Shown: positions 1-12,369, counted from the stretch's first letter. The stretch: DNA of 64,000 nucleotides from Rhodobacterales bacterium (GCA_965217995.1 CBDCKB010000004.1:643788-707787); one strand, 5' to 3'. Program-made: numbers and translations. Notes: generated by a model not told the origin, from the sequence alone.

Positions 1-821
1 GGTTCGGCGGGCACCACAGCCGTCTCGGCACCGCACAGTGCCACCACACCTTGGGCTCCGCGGGTCAGTGCTGCCGCGCCCACCTGCGGGCGGATCGCCT
101 CGACCGCTTCCGCGTGGCTTGACGTGCCCAGCAGCACCAGAATCTCCTCCTCGTTTGCGAAGAGCACGTCGATGCCCTCTCCGACCAGTTCGAGCAGGAG
201 GTCCCGATGTCGCTCGACGCAGCCCGGATCGGAGAGCGAAAGGGCGATGCGCGTATCGGCGGCGCGCGCCTCGCGGACCGCGCGCAGAAAAGCCGCGCGG
301 TTTTTCCCGCCCTCCAGCAGATAGGATTCCAGATAGATCGCAGCGGCCGTCTCGATGCCGGCGGCCGTCACATCCTCCGGTCCGAATTCCTGTGCCGCGC
401 CGAGTTCCGTGCACATGGTCCGCTCGCCGTCCGGGGTCACCAGGACCAGCACCCGGCCGGTGGTGAAGCCCTCTTTCGGGGAGGTCGGCACCACGCGGTA
501 TTCCACCCCCGCCGCCCGGAGATCGTGCAAAAAGATCTCTCCGAAGCGATCCGCCACGGTCTTTCCCGCAAAGCCCGTCCGCGCGCCGAGGCGGGCGAGG
601 GCGGTGATGGTGTTGGCGGCCGAGCCGCCGGAGGTTGCGCGGGTCTCGCCCATGGCTGCGTAGATCTGCCGGGCGCGGTCGGGATCGACCAGCGTCATCA
701 CGCCCTTGCGGAGCCCCAGATCTCCGGGGAACGTAGCATCGACCTGCTCGAGCACATCGATCAGTGCCGCGCCCATGGCCAGCACCTCAAGGCGCCGGTC
801 GGGGTCGAAGGTGAGAGTCAC
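1..821 (-). CDS. pfkB-family carbohydrate/adenosine kinase (3' end runs off the window)
   Basis: Absent from the ORF track because it is open at the window edge. My reverse-strand translation from GTG at 821 reads VTLTFDPDRRLEVLAMGAALIDVLEQVD...YAAMGETRATSGGSAANTITALARLGARTGFAGK...LHDLRAAGVEY. This is the N-terminal layout and SGGSAANT motif of pfkB adenosine-kinase-like proteins. GTGA start/stop overlap with nth. Confidence 0.7.
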   Translation of the reverse strand, partial: MTLTFDPDRRLEVLAMGAALIDVLEQVDATFPGDLGLRKGVMTLVDPDRARQIYAAMGETRATSGGSAANTITALARLGARTGFAGKTVADRFGEIFLHDLRAAGVEYRVVPTSPKEGFTTGRVLVLVTPDGERTMCTELGAAQEFGPEDVTAAGIETAAAIYLESYLLEGGKNRAAFLRAVREARAADTRIALSLSDPGCVERHRDLLLELVGEGIDVLFANEEEILVLLGTSSHAEAVEAIRPQVGAAALTRGAQGVVALCGAETAVVPAE

Positions 822-1462
822 GCCGTCTTGCTGTCCCAGGTGCAGAGATCCCGGATGCGGCACCCGGCGCAATCCGGCACGCGGGCCTTGCAGACATAGC
901 GGCCGTGCAGGATCAGCCAGTGATGCGCATGGCGCAGGTAGCGCTTGGGCACCCGTTCGAGCAGCTGGTCCTCGACCATCCGGGGGTTTTTGCCGGGCGC
1001 GAGGCCGGTGCGGTTCGAGACCCGGAACAGATGGGTATCCACGGCGATGGTCGGATGCCCGAACCATGTGTTGAGCACCACATTTGCGGTCTTGCGCCCG
1101 ACACCCGGCAGGCGCTCCAGCGCCTCTCGGTCGTCCGGCACCTCGCCGCCATGCTCGTCGACGAGGATCCGGCTCAGTGCCATGACATTCTTCGCCTTGT
1201 TTCGGTAGAGGCCGATGGTGCGGACATGCTCCAGAAGCGCAGGTTCGCCGAGGGCCAGCATGTCCTCCGGCGTGGACACCTTCCCGAACAGGGCGGCGGT
1301 CGCCCGGTTGACGCCGACATCGGTCGCCTGGGCGGACAGGACGACCGCGACCAGAAGCGTGTAGGCGTTGCTGTGGTCGAGCTCCCCCCGGGGTTCGGGG
1401 TTTGCGGCGTGGAAGCGTCGGAAGATCTTTCCGATCGTTCCGGCCGGCAGGGGTTCGGTCAT
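818..1462 (-). CDS. nth: endonuclease III (DNA glycosylase/AP lyase)
   Basis: ORF 818..1501. HhH-GPD signature LPGVGRKTANVVLNTWFG and C-terminal Fe-S cysteine cluster CKARVPDCAGCRIRDLC. Start moved to the internal ATG (MTEPLPAG). Confidence 0.9.
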   Translation of the reverse strand: MTEPLPAGTIGKIFRRFHAANPEPRGELDHSNAYTLLVAVVLSAQATDVGVNRATAALFGKVSTPEDMLALGEPALLEHVRTIGLYRNKAKNVMALSRILVDEHGGEVPDDREALERLPGVGRKTANVVLNTWFGHPTIAVDTHLFRVSNRTGLAPGKNPRMVEDQLLERVPKRYLRHAHHWLILHGRYVCKARVPDCAGCRIRDLCTWDSKTA

Positions 1463-1916
1463 CTGCGCGTGCCTTCCGGTGTCCCGATGACACTGTATCA
1501 ATTCTTGCGCTTATAGCGCAGATCCTAGGGCAACAACGCCATTTCGCAGGTGTGCGGCGGGCCTGGCAGCTCTGCCGGTCCCGGAAAATAGATGGGTGCG
1601 CGGGCGGCCCTCTTTAGATAGAGCGCTGGGTGCTTCGCATGGAGGGGAATCCCGTCTCCGTCTGGCCCGCGCAACAGGAGGAAGTCGGGTGATTTGCGAT
1701 GGGGTGCGGCGGATCGCAGCAGAAACTCCGCTTCGTCGGGCCGGGGAGATGGGGGAGGCAGGACCCGTTGGAAATGCCGGATGTCTTGACGGCACTCGGA
1801 ATCTTGAATATCAATCGCCTACTTTCCCGGCATGAAACGGGTCGGAAGCAGTGCCGGACTCCCATCATGACAATTCTCCTGCTGTCGCCGCTGGACCGGC
1901 CGGAGATCCTCTGACG

Positions 1917-2684
1917 ATGATGCGTCGCGCGGCCGTTTCTTTTTTTCCTCTGCTTGTCGGTCTGGCCGTTTCGGGGTTGCCGGTGCATGCCTTTGAAACC
2001 GGCGAGGCGGTGATGCAGGCGGCGTATGAGCAGGGGCGGCAGCATGACAACCAGCGCGCCGAGGTGAGCCTGGTGATCAGGCACAGCAACGGCAAGGAGC
2101 GCACGCGGCAGTTTCGGCTGTGGCATAAAATTCTCTCCGGACGCACCAAAAGCCTGATGAAATTCTACCGTCCGGCCAATGTCAAAGGCACCGGCCTGCT
2201 CAGCGAAACCCTGGACGAGGACGACCGGGCGGCACAGTGGATCTACCTGCCGGCCCTGCGTGCGGTGAAGCGCCTCAACGCCGACGAGCAGGATGACAGT
2301 TTTGTCGGCTCCGATTTCACCAATGGCGATATCGCCGGGCGTCAGGTCTCCCGCGACAGCCACACGATCATCGACCAGGACGACAAGAAGATCTATGTCG
2401 CGAGCATTCCGCGGGATAAAGGGGACCTTTATTCCAAACTGGAGGTGGAGATGCTGCGGGACATTCTGGTGCCGTCGAAAATCGTCTTTTATGACCGCGA
2501 CGGGAAAAAACTGAAGACCCTGGTCAACCAGCGCATCCGGAAGGTCAAAAACATGTATCTGGTCACCGAGGCGGTGATGACCAATCATCAAACCGGTGGC
2601 TCTACCACGATCCAGAAAAGCTCTATCGACCTGGACGGCGAGATTGACGAACACCAGGTCGGAATAAAGGGCCTGCGAATGTAA
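1917..2684 (+). CDS. LolA-fold outer-membrane lipoprotein-sorting-like protein (periplasmic partner of MMPL exporters)
   Basis: ORF 1851..2684. Signal-like N-terminus from MMRRAAVSFFPLLVGLAVSGLPVHA. Motif block YRPANVKGTGLL...WIYLPALRAVKRL...DSFVGSDFTNGDI is typical of this family. TAATG overlap with the next gene. Confidence 0.7.
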   Translation: MMRRAAVSFFPLLVGLAVSGLPVHAFETGEAVMQAAYEQGRQHDNQRAEVSLVIRHSNGKERTRQFRLWHKILSGRTKSLMKFYRPANVKGTGLLSETLDEDDRAAQWIYLPALRAVKRLNADEQDDSFVGSDFTNGDIAGRQVSRDSHTIIDQDDKKIYVASIPRDKGDLYSKLEVEMLRDILVPSKIVFYDRDGKKLKTLVNQRIRKVKNMYLVTEAVMTNHQTGGSTTIQKSSIDLDGEIDEHQVGIKGLRM

Positions 2685-4930
2685 TGGCGCGCGCCGCTCT
2701 CGTTTTGGTGTGGTGTACGCTGGTCATCATCGCCTCTGTACATTTGCCGCGTCTTGTTTTTGACAACGATACCTGGCTTCCACTGGACAACCCGCAACGT
2801 GTGGAACTGGAAAATTTCCGCACCGAATTTGAGCCGGACGAAGTCCTGCTGGTGGTTCTTGAATTGGAGCGTGATTTTTTTGACCCGTGGCAGACGGAAC
2901 AGATCAACCGCCTGGATGCGGCTCTCACCGATCTTCCGGAAACCCGCTCGGTGCTGTCGCCGCTGAGCGCCACCACCATTATCGACACGGGGGACACCCT
3001 GGAGATCGGCAGTTTCAGCGAGGCCCTGAAAAACAATCTTCTGGCTGATTCCCAGGCCTATGAACGGGAGTTCCTGCGCTCGCCCTACGCCGGCAAGCTG
3101 CTGTCCGAGAACCGGCGCACGGTGCTGTTGCGCGTGGCCATCGCCCGGGCGGATTCCAGCCATCGCGCGGCGGCTGTGGAGGAGGTGGTCGAAACCGTCC
3201 GCCGCCATGGTTTCAACACGGTCCACCTGGCCGGTGAGGCGGCACTCAAAAATGAACTCAACCGCATAACCCGCGACCAATTGCCGCTGCTGCTCGCTCT
3301 GGCGGCCATCGTGCTGGCGGTGTTTTTGCGGATTGGTTGCGGCAACTGGTCGCGCGCCGTCTTGATTTTCACCGCCGCTGCCGCTTCCGTCACTTCCTGC
3401 CTCGGCCTCATGGCCGCCTTCGCCTGGCCGATGAACGCGGTACTGCTGGTGCTGCCGGTCATGGTGGCGGTCATCGCGGTGGCGGACGGCCTGCATATCC
3501 TGGCATGCTGGGACGCGCTCGCGGCGGTGCCCAAGAACATGCGCCTTGTCGAAACCGTCCGCCAGAGCTGGCTGCCCTGCCTCGGCGCCACCGTCACTAG
3601 TGCCGCGGGGTTTGGCGCCTTCGCCGTCAGCGAATTGACGCCGCTGCATCACTTCGGTGCCGCCTCTGCGGTTTCCATTGTGTATGCCTACCCGCTGATT
3701 ACCGGCGCGGTCTGGGGTGGGCTGCTGCTGTTTCCCGCGCTGGCAACGGCACCGGCGCGGCATCCCGGATGGGCATGGCTGACGGCCGTGGCCGGCCGCA
3801 TCAGCGGCACCTTTCCGCGGCGGGTGACGGCCATTGCGCTGTGCATGGCGGCACTGTTCGGTGGCGGACTCGGGTTGATCCGGACCGAGACCAATTTTCT
3901 CTCGGTGTTTTTTGCCGAGGACAGCGCGGTGCGCCAATCCTTCGACCTAGTGGACGCTGAACTCGGTGGTTCCGGGCGCGTCGAAGTGGTGCTGCGCAGT
4001 GGCGGGGAATCCTTTGCCACGGTCGCCAGAATGCGTGAAGTGGAGGTGCTGGCCGCCCGGTTCACCGGCATCCCCACCGTCAGCAATGTGGACAGCTACC
4101 TTCTGCCGCTGGGTATGACCGATCAGGCCTTTGGCGGCAGCGGTCGGCCGCAGACCGATCCGGCACTGGCCCAGGAGTTGCTGTTTCTTTCCTTGTCCCG
4201 CAGCGAGACAAAGCGCGATGTCCTGTCGCCCTATCTTGATTTCAGCCACAGCGACGCACGCCTCAGCCTGCAGACGCCAAACCTTAACTCGCCGCCATTG
4301 CAGCAGACCATCGAGGACGTCACCGCCATCGCCGCCGCCAGCAGCAGCGATCTGCAAACCACGGTCACCGGCTTTGGCGTGTTCATTCACAACCTGGGTG
4401 AGCAGGTACTGCGCACCCAGGCTGTCAGCATCCTGCTGACGTTGTTGGTTATCGGTGCATTGCTGCTGGTCCAGTTCGGCCTGCGCGTCGGCCTCTGCGG
4501 CCTGGCCGCCAACCTTCTGCCGGTCATCGCCACCGCCGGTCTGGTGGCATGGCTCGATTACCCCTACGATTTTGCCGTCATCCTCATCACCGGCATCACC
4601 CTCGGCCTGTCGGTGGATGACACCATCCACTTTCTGTACCACTACCGCCGCGCCGGCGGTCGCAGGGACGGATGCTGGCGCGCCCTCGGGCGCACTTCGC
4701 GGCCCATCGTCGTTACCACCCTCCTGTTCTGCTGCGGCCTCGGCGTGGTCGCCGTTTCGGATCTTGTTGTATTGCGGCGTTTTGCCCTGTTCGCTATGTT
4801 TGGCATGGGTGTGTCGCTGGCTTCGGTGCTGGTGTTCCTGCCGGCGGCACTCGTGATGGTTATGCCGGATCCGGTTTCTCGGTCGAGAGTCTCCGCGGAA
4901 TCGGGGCATCGGGAGGAGGAAGAAGAATGA
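2684..4930 (+). CDS. MMPL/RND-superfamily membrane exporter
   Basis: 748-aa ORF with two hydrophobic 6-TM-like blocks separated by soluble loops. The LGLSVDDTIHFLYHY motif is characteristic of MMPL/RND permeases. Confidence 0.85.
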   Translation: MARAALVLVWCTLVIIASVHLPRLVFDNDTWLPLDNPQRVELENFRTEFEPDEVLLVVLELERDFFDPWQTEQINRLDAALTDLPETRSVLSPLSATTIIDTGDTLEIGSFSEALKNNLLADSQAYEREFLRSPYAGKLLSENRRTVLLRVAIARADSSHRAAAVEEVVETVRRHGFNTVHLAGEAALKNELNRITRDQLPLLLALAAIVLAVFLRIGCGNWSRAVLIFTAAAASVTSCLGLMAAFAWPMNAVLLVLPVMVAVIAVADGLHILACWDALAAVPKNMRLVETVRQSWLPCLGATVTSAAGFGAFAVSELTPLHHFGAASAVSIVYAYPLITGAVWGGLLLFPALATAPARHPGWAWLTAVAGRISGTFPRRVTAIALCMAALFGGGLGLIRTETNFLSVFFAEDSAVRQSFDLVDAELGGSGRVEVVLRSGGESFATVARMREVEVLAARFTGIPTVSNVDSYLLPLGMTDQAFGGSGRPQTDPALAQELLFLSLSRSETKRDVLSPYLDFSHSDARLSLQTPNLNSPPLQQTIEDVTAIAAASSSDLQTTVTGFGVFIHNLGEQVLRTQAVSILLTLLVIGALLLVQFGLRVGLCGLAANLLPVIATAGLVAWLDYPYDFAVILITGITLGLSVDDTIHFLYHYRRAGGRRDGCWRALGRTSRPIVVTTLLFCCGLGVVAVSDLVVLRRFALFAMFGMGVSLASVLVFLPAALVMVMPDPVSRSRVSAESGHREEEEE

Positions 4931-6546
4931 AGCATATGAACAAATGGTTTTGTGCCTTTGCCGCCGTGGTGCTGGTCGCTGCAGTGCCTGCCTACGGACA
5001 GATCATCGAAGAGGATGATGGATACAACCGCGACACGACCGAGAAATTTTTTGGCAAAGCCAACGCCGTGTTTGTCAACGGTTCCAGCTACAGAGTGTTT
5101 CGCCAGTCCGTCGAACTGGGTTATGACACGTCGTTTGACGAGGAGAACGGGCGGGTCTACTTCACTGGCGTGGCCTCCCACAACGATCTGGAGCTGGATC
5201 TGGAGCGGACCGGCAGGGCACAACGAACCGCCCAACGCCTTGCCACCGACGCTGTGCCGGACACCGAACCGAATGAAATCACCCGGGAGGTGGATGAGAG
5301 CGACTTTGATGTCAAAGACGCTTTCGTGCAGTACAACGCGCTGGACAATCTTCAGCTGACCCTCGGACGCCGACGGGTTGCGTGGGGGCAATTCGATCTG
5401 TTTTCGCCGGTCAATCTGGCGTTGCCTCTGACACCGCAAACCGACGGGCCGGTCTCGGGCAAGATCGATACGCTGGAGGCACAGGACCAGGCTGCGGTTT
5501 CGTGGTTTCCGAGCGAGCGCGTGGAGTTGCAGGGCTACTTTTTCCTCGGCACCAATCTCGACTGGCTGATCGAGGACGTGATTGAGAGCGATACCATGGA
5601 CAACACCTACACCCAGACGGCGGTAGATGCGGGTATCCGCGCTGGTCAGGAGACGACACCCGGGGATCTGAGGGATCTGTCGGACCACAACCAGTATGCG
5701 GCGCGGGCTTTGTTTTATTTGGACTGGGGCACCCTTGGCTTCACCTACCACAAAGGGCGTGATGTCCTGGCGTTTTTCCGCCCCGATCTTGCGACAGTGG
5801 CAACACTTACGGCAGAGTTACCAAGTGATGCAATAGCCTACAACATACGCCGTCATACAGACCTTCCCGAGGCGACAAACTATGGTGTGGAGATTGCCGT
5901 GCCATACGGTCAGTGGGTGTATAAACTTGAGGTGCTGCACCAGGAATCTTTTGTCAGTCTGAACGGCCAAAGCTTGTTGTGCACGAACACGACGGGCGGC
6001 GCGGCGGGCAATTGTGTGGATGACGGGTTCCAGGTGCCCGACCGCGCCTATTACGACAGGGTGATCGACGACAATGGCGGACGCCTTTATGTTCCGGTGA
6101 ACCGCAATTACATCGGTATCGGTGCCGATTCCGACCGCGACGAGTGGCGGTACAATCTCAGCCTGTTCATTATTCAGGAAAGTTTTGACGGCATTGCCGA
6201 CGAACTCATCGAACTGGAAAAAGCAGCCGGCTGGGACGACTCGCGGGGCGATACATATGTCTTTCCGGCGATCAATATCGCGCATTATCTCGACAGCGAG
6301 AAGGAGAGCGAAGTCGGCTTTGTCGGCGGCTTTCTGGGCGCCTACGCAGGTGCCTCCCTCTACTACACCGCACGTGTTGGCGACAATTTCCGTTGGCTCG
6401 CCGGCATTGAGGCCATCAGCAATCTGCGCGACCAGTTGATCAGTGAAACCGAAGACCCCGACAACCCCAACCGCAGCGCCGACGACTATGAACTCGCCGA
6501 TGACCTGTCACCGGGGTTCCGGCTGAGTTTGACCTATGATTTCTAA
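4927..6546 (+). CDS. secreted outer-membrane beta-barrel protein (possibly DUF1302-like)
   Basis: ORF 4672..6546 trimmed to ATG 4927 (ATGA overlap with the MMPL stop). Signal peptide MKHMNKWFCAFAAVVLVAAVPAYGQ. Alternating beta-strand-like sequence and terminal ...LSLTYDF (C-terminal Phe, as in OM barrels). Family assignment is from memory only. Confidence 0.65.
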   Translation: MKHMNKWFCAFAAVVLVAAVPAYGQIIEEDDGYNRDTTEKFFGKANAVFVNGSSYRVFRQSVELGYDTSFDEENGRVYFTGVASHNDLELDLERTGRAQRTAQRLATDAVPDTEPNEITREVDESDFDVKDAFVQYNALDNLQLTLGRRRVAWGQFDLFSPVNLALPLTPQTDGPVSGKIDTLEAQDQAAVSWFPSERVELQGYFFLGTNLDWLIEDVIESDTMDNTYTQTAVDAGIRAGQETTPGDLRDLSDHNQYAARALFYLDWGTLGFTYHKGRDVLAFFRPDLATVATLTAELPSDAIAYNIRRHTDLPEATNYGVEIAVPYGQWVYKLEVLHQESFVSLNGQSLLCTNTTGGAAGNCVDDGFQVPDRAYYDRVIDDNGGRLYVPVNRNYIGIGADSDRDEWRYNLSLFIIQESFDGIADELIELEKAAGWDDSRGDTYVFPAINIAHYLDSEKESEVGFVGGFLGAYAGASLYYTARVGDNFRWLAGIEAISNLRDQLISETEDPDNPNRSADDYELADDLSPGFRLSLTYDF

Positions 6547-6751
6547 GCCAGGGACAGGCTATGGGGGCCGACGGTCATCCCTGACATCCGGTCACCGTAG
6601 CGAAAGCGGGCGGGACACCCGGTCCGCGCGCAATCATGCCATTCGGCATTCTGGGTGGGGCGATCGGCCGCGGTAGGCGAAATCGGGCATACGGGTTTTT
6701 CCCGGTGCCTCGGCGGTACCCTGCACCGGCCTGGAAGGAGGAGGCTGACAG

Positions 6752-7519
6752 ATGACGGCACAAAAGAAGAAGGATCCCGATCTCGATTTCATGCATGGGG
6801 AGGAAAGAATTGATCTCGCGGCGGCGTTTCGCTGGACGGCGAGGCTCAACATGCATGGAGGGGAGGGGGCGGTCCATTTCAGTCTTGTCGTGGAGGAGAG
6901 CACCGGACGGTTTCTGATGAACCCCATCCAGAGGCATTTTCTGAGGATCCGCGCTTCCCATCTGCGGCTCATCGACCCGGAAGATCCCGACACACTGTCC
7001 TATCCGGGCACCCCGGGCCTGTCGGCCTTGACACTCCACAGATCGCTGCACCGGCGTTGCAAGCACGCAGTATGCGTGATGCAGGTGCACTCCCCCTATG
7101 CCACCATCCTGGCCACACTGATTGACAGTACCCTCCAGCCGATCGACGAGAGCACAGCGACCTTCTACAGCCGCCATGTGGTCGACGAGCATTTTGGCGG
7201 TGTTGACCTTGAAGAAGAGGGCGACCGCTGCGCGATGCTGCTTTCGGATCCCAAGGTCAAGGTGCTGGTCAGGAGCAATCATGGCGTGGTCGTGGTCGGC
7301 GATACCGTCGCGGATACCTTTCATCGCCTCTGCACTTTCGAGCGGGCGGCCCATACCTATATCGGAGCGCTGCAATCCGGCTGGCCGCTCCGCGTTCTTC
7401 CGCATGAGATCGCGGAAAGGATTGCCCGGGATGTCGAGAGTTTTCCGGAACTGGCCTATCGGAATTTCACCGAACTGAAGACCATTCTGGACGAAGAAGG
7501 CAGCAGATACGCGACCTGA
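6752..7519 (+). CDS. class II aldolase/adducin-domain protein
   Basis: 255-aa ORF with a GGAGGAGG RBS. Motifs HSPYATILATL and NHGVVVVGDTVADTFHRL are typical of class II aldolase/adducin N-terminal domain proteins. Confidence 0.8.
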   Translation: MTAQKKKDPDLDFMHGEERIDLAAAFRWTARLNMHGGEGAVHFSLVVEESTGRFLMNPIQRHFLRIRASHLRLIDPEDPDTLSYPGTPGLSALTLHRSLHRRCKHAVCVMQVHSPYATILATLIDSTLQPIDESTATFYSRHVVDEHFGGVDLEEEGDRCAMLLSDPKVKVLVRSNHGVVVVGDTVADTFHRLCTFERAAHTYIGALQSGWPLRVLPHEIAERIARDVESFPELAYRNFTELKTILDEEGSRYAT

Positions 7520-7634
7520 CGGGCCGGTCCCGCCGCTCCGGCCTCCGTCGGCCCGGATCCGGCGGCAAGATTCGGGTGGTCAGGTCGGGGGCTGGATTTA
7601 TCCTCCGCCACAGTCCCGCAGACGGAGAACCGAC

Positions 7635-8465
7635 ATGACGGATTGTGCCCGACCGTACGACCTGATGGCGAAGGCGATTTGCTATCTTGAGCAGGAACAG
7701 GAGACCCAGCCATCGCTGGCCGAAGTGGCCCACCATCTCGGAATCAGCCCGTCGCATTTCCAGCGCGTTTTTACCCGCTGGGTCGGGATCAGCCCGAAGC
7801 GCTATCTCCAGCACCTCACCCTGGACCGCGTCAAGCGTTCTTTTGTGGAGCAGGCCACCGTGCTTGACGCGACCTATGAAGCGGGTCTGTCCTCCCCGGG
7901 ACGTCTTCATGACCTGTTTGTCACCTGGGAGGCGATGAGTCCGGGCCAATACGCCGCCCGCGGCGCGGGGCTGGAGATCCGGTATGGCTGGTTTGATTCA
8001 CCTTTCGGAGAGATGCTGGCTCTTGGCAGCCGCCGCGGGCTTTGCGGGCTGGCCTTCGCGGCGGAAATGGGCCGCCAGGAAACGCTTGCCGATATGACCC
8101 GCCGTTGGCCGCGGGCGGAGTACCGGGAGGAGCCGGAGGCGGTCGCCGGCTGGGTGAAGGCGGCATTCGGTGGCGGCGAGGCGAGGTTGCTGCTCTCCGG
8201 CACGCCGTTCCAGATCAAGGTATGGGAGGCACTTCTGGCACTGCCGGGCGGAAAGGTCGCAACCTATTCGGAGATCGCGGAAGCCGTGGGCCGGCCGCGC
8301 GCCACGCGTGCGGTGGGTACTGCAGTCGGCCGGAATCCGGTCTCCTGGCTGATTCCCTGCCATCGGGTGCTGCGGAAATCCGGCGGACTGGGCGGCTATT
8401 ACTGGGGGCTGCCCACAAAGCGGGCGATGCTCGCCTGGGAGTCGGCGCGGTCGGAGGCTGCCTGA
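7635..8465 (+). CDS. AraC-type HTH fused to methylated-DNA-protein-cysteine methyltransferase (Ada-like, lacking the N-terminal Zn domain)
   Basis: N-terminal AraC HTH (LAEVAHHLGISPSHFQRVFTRWVGISPKRYL). C-terminal MGMT active site IPCHRVL plus ATRAVGTAVGRNP. Confidence 0.85.
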   Translation: MTDCARPYDLMAKAICYLEQEQETQPSLAEVAHHLGISPSHFQRVFTRWVGISPKRYLQHLTLDRVKRSFVEQATVLDATYEAGLSSPGRLHDLFVTWEAMSPGQYAARGAGLEIRYGWFDSPFGEMLALGSRRGLCGLAFAAEMGRQETLADMTRRWPRAEYREEPEAVAGWVKAAFGGGEARLLLSGTPFQIKVWEALLALPGGKVATYSEIAEAVGRPRATRAVGTAVGRNPVSWLIPCHRVLRKSGGLGGYYWGLPTKRAMLAWESARSEAA

Positions 8466-8482
8466 CGGCAGCCCGGGCGGCT

Positions 8483-9316
8483 TCAACCTGCCTTCCGCTC
8501 GTCAGGACCGAGCACATCGGCCATGGTGTATTCGCCCGGCGGCCTGCCGCATCCCCAGAGTGCCGCCCGGACCGCGCCCTGCGCGTAGATATTCCGGTCG
8601 GTGGCGATATGGCGCAGCACAACGCGTTCGCCCGGCCCGGCAAACACCACCTCATGCTCTCCGACCACATCGCCGCCGCGCAGCGCTGCAAATCCTATCT
8701 CACCTCTGCGCCGGGGGCCGACCGCCCCGTCGCGACCGCGTCGGGCGTGGTCGTCGAGTGTCGTTCCGTGACCCGCCGCCACGGCCTCGCCGAGCATCAG
8801 GGCTGTGCCGGAAGGGGCATCGATCTTGCGGTTGTGGTGCATCTCGACGATCTCCGCATCCCATGAATCACCGAGTGCTGCCGCCGCCTGGCGGACAAGC
8901 CCGGCAAGGAGGTTGATGCCGAGCGACATATTGCCGGCCCGGATGATGACCGCCCGCTCCGCCGCACTGCGGAATTTCCCAAGATCCTCCGCGGCAAAGC
9001 CCGTCGTGCCGATGACATGCACCAGCCTCTCCTGGGCGGCGAGTTCGAGGTGGGCGAGGCTGGCGGCCGGGGTGGTGAAGTCCACCAGGGCTTGTGCGGT
9101 CGTGCAGGCCGCGGACGGGTTGTCCGAGACGGTGACATCGATGCGGTGCCCGAGGCCGAGAACCTCGCCAAGATCGGTGCCGACCCATGCGTGTGCCGGC
9201 CGCACCGTGGCCCCGACCAGATCGATTTCCTCGATCTCCAGTGCAGTGCGGAGGACGGCCCGGCCCATGCGCCCGGCGGCACCGGCGACGGCCAGCCGTA
9301 ACGGTTCCTGGCTCAC
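8483..9316 (-). CDS. dapB: 4-hydroxy-tetrahydrodipicolinate reductase
   Basis: N-terminal GAAGRMG Rossmann motif and EIVEMHHNRKIDAPSGTAL signature. GTGA overlap with the dnaJ stop. Confidence 0.9.
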   Translation of the reverse strand: MSQEPLRLAVAGAAGRMGRAVLRTALEIEEIDLVGATVRPAHAWVGTDLGEVLGLGHRIDVTVSDNPSAACTTAQALVDFTTPAASLAHLELAAQERLVHVIGTTGFAAEDLGKFRSAAERAVIIRAGNMSLGINLLAGLVRQAAAALGDSWDAEIVEMHHNRKIDAPSGTALMLGEAVAAGHGTTLDDHARRGRDGAVGPRRRGEIGFAALRGGDVVGEHEVVFAGPGERVVLRHIATDRNIYAQGAVRAALWGCGRPPGEYTMADVLGPDERKAG

Positions 9317-10413
9317 TTTTTTTTCTTGCCCCGGGGGCGGTCATCTTCCACCGTCTCCCGGGCAAACGCCTCCAGAACCTCCTTCTGCCGTCGGGTGAGT
9401 TTTTCCGGGATCGGCACATGTACGTAGAGATAGAGGTCCCCGCGGGGGCCGTTATGGATCTCGGGCATGCCCTTGCCGCGAAGCCGGAGCCGCTCTCCGT
9501 TTTGCGTGCCCGCCTTGATCTGCACCCGCGTCTCGCCGCCGTCGACCGTCTGCGTACGCACCTCTCCCCCCAGCGCGGCTGTGGTGATCGGCACGCGGAG
9601 TTGCGCTATCAGGTCATGGCCGCGGCGCTGGAACAAGGAATGTTCGCGCACCCGCACCATGATGTAGAGATCTCCCGGTGGTCCCCCGCGCATGCCTGCC
9701 GCGCCTTCCGACCGGAGCTGCAGCTGGTTGCCGTCATCGACTCCCGGCGGCACGGTGACGTCGAGTTTGCGCGCCTGTGAAGCCTGTCCGCTTCCGTTGC
9801 AGCTGCGGCAGGGATCGGAAATGCTCTGCCCCGCCCCTCTGCAGCTTGGACAGGTGTGGCGGGTGGTCAGAAAACCCTGCTGCGTCTGGACATAACCGGT
9901 CCCTCCGCAGCCCAGACAGGATACCGGCGGTGTCCCGCTGGCGGACCCGGTGGCTTGGCAGTCTTCGCAGCGCGTGGGCGCCGTAAAGCGCAATTTCACT
10001 TTCGTGCCCTTGCAAGCCTCCTCGAGATCGATCGTGATCTCGTATTGCAGATCCTTGCCGTGTGTCGTGGGGCGTTGTGTGCGGCCGGTGCGGCCGGTGC
10101 GGGGCCCCATGAATTCGCCGAAAATGTCACCGAACAGATCCGAAAAGGTGTTCTCAAAATCAGGCCGGCCGCGGCCTGCCCCGCCGCTGTTGAAGGCGGT
10201 ATGCCCGAAGCGGTCATAGGCGGCCCGCTTCTGGGGATCTTTCAGAATATCGTGGGCGGCGTTGACTTCCTTGAAGCGCTCCCCGGCGGAAGGATCATCC
10301 TGGTTCCGGTCGGGATGCAGTTCCTTGACGAGTTTGTGGTACGCTTTTTTGATGTCGCTGTCATTTGCGTCCCGGTCGATTCCAAGGATTTTGTAGAGAT
10401 CGCGCTCAGGCAT
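9313..10413 (-). CDS. dnaJ: molecular chaperone DnaJ
   Basis: J-domain with HPD (KELHPDRN), G/F-rich linker, and four CxxCxGxG zinc-finger repeats. Confidence 0.97.
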   Translation of the reverse strand: MPERDLYKILGIDRDANDSDIKKAYHKLVKELHPDRNQDDPSAGERFKEVNAAHDILKDPQKRAAYDRFGHTAFNSGGAGRGRPDFENTFSDLFGDIFGEFMGPRTGRTGRTQRPTTHGKDLQYEITIDLEEACKGTKVKLRFTAPTRCEDCQATGSASGTPPVSCLGCGGTGYVQTQQGFLTTRHTCPSCRGAGQSISDPCRSCNGSGQASQARKLDVTVPPGVDDGNQLQLRSEGAAGMRGGPPGDLYIMVRVREHSLFQRRGHDLIAQLRVPITTAALGGEVRTQTVDGGETRVQIKAGTQNGERLRLRGKGMPEIHNGPRGDLYLYVHVPIPEKLTRRQKEVLEAFARETVEDDRPRGKKKK

Positions 10414-10434
10414 GTGAAGACCCGTATGCCGTGA

Positions 10435-12369
<1,935 letters not shown>

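Noticed and set aside
2588-4909. Minus-strand ORFs of 449 aa and 320 aa (2588..3937, 3947..4909) opposite the MMPL gene
   Set aside because: Low-complexity R/G/Q/H-rich translations, antisense to a convincing polytopic transporter.
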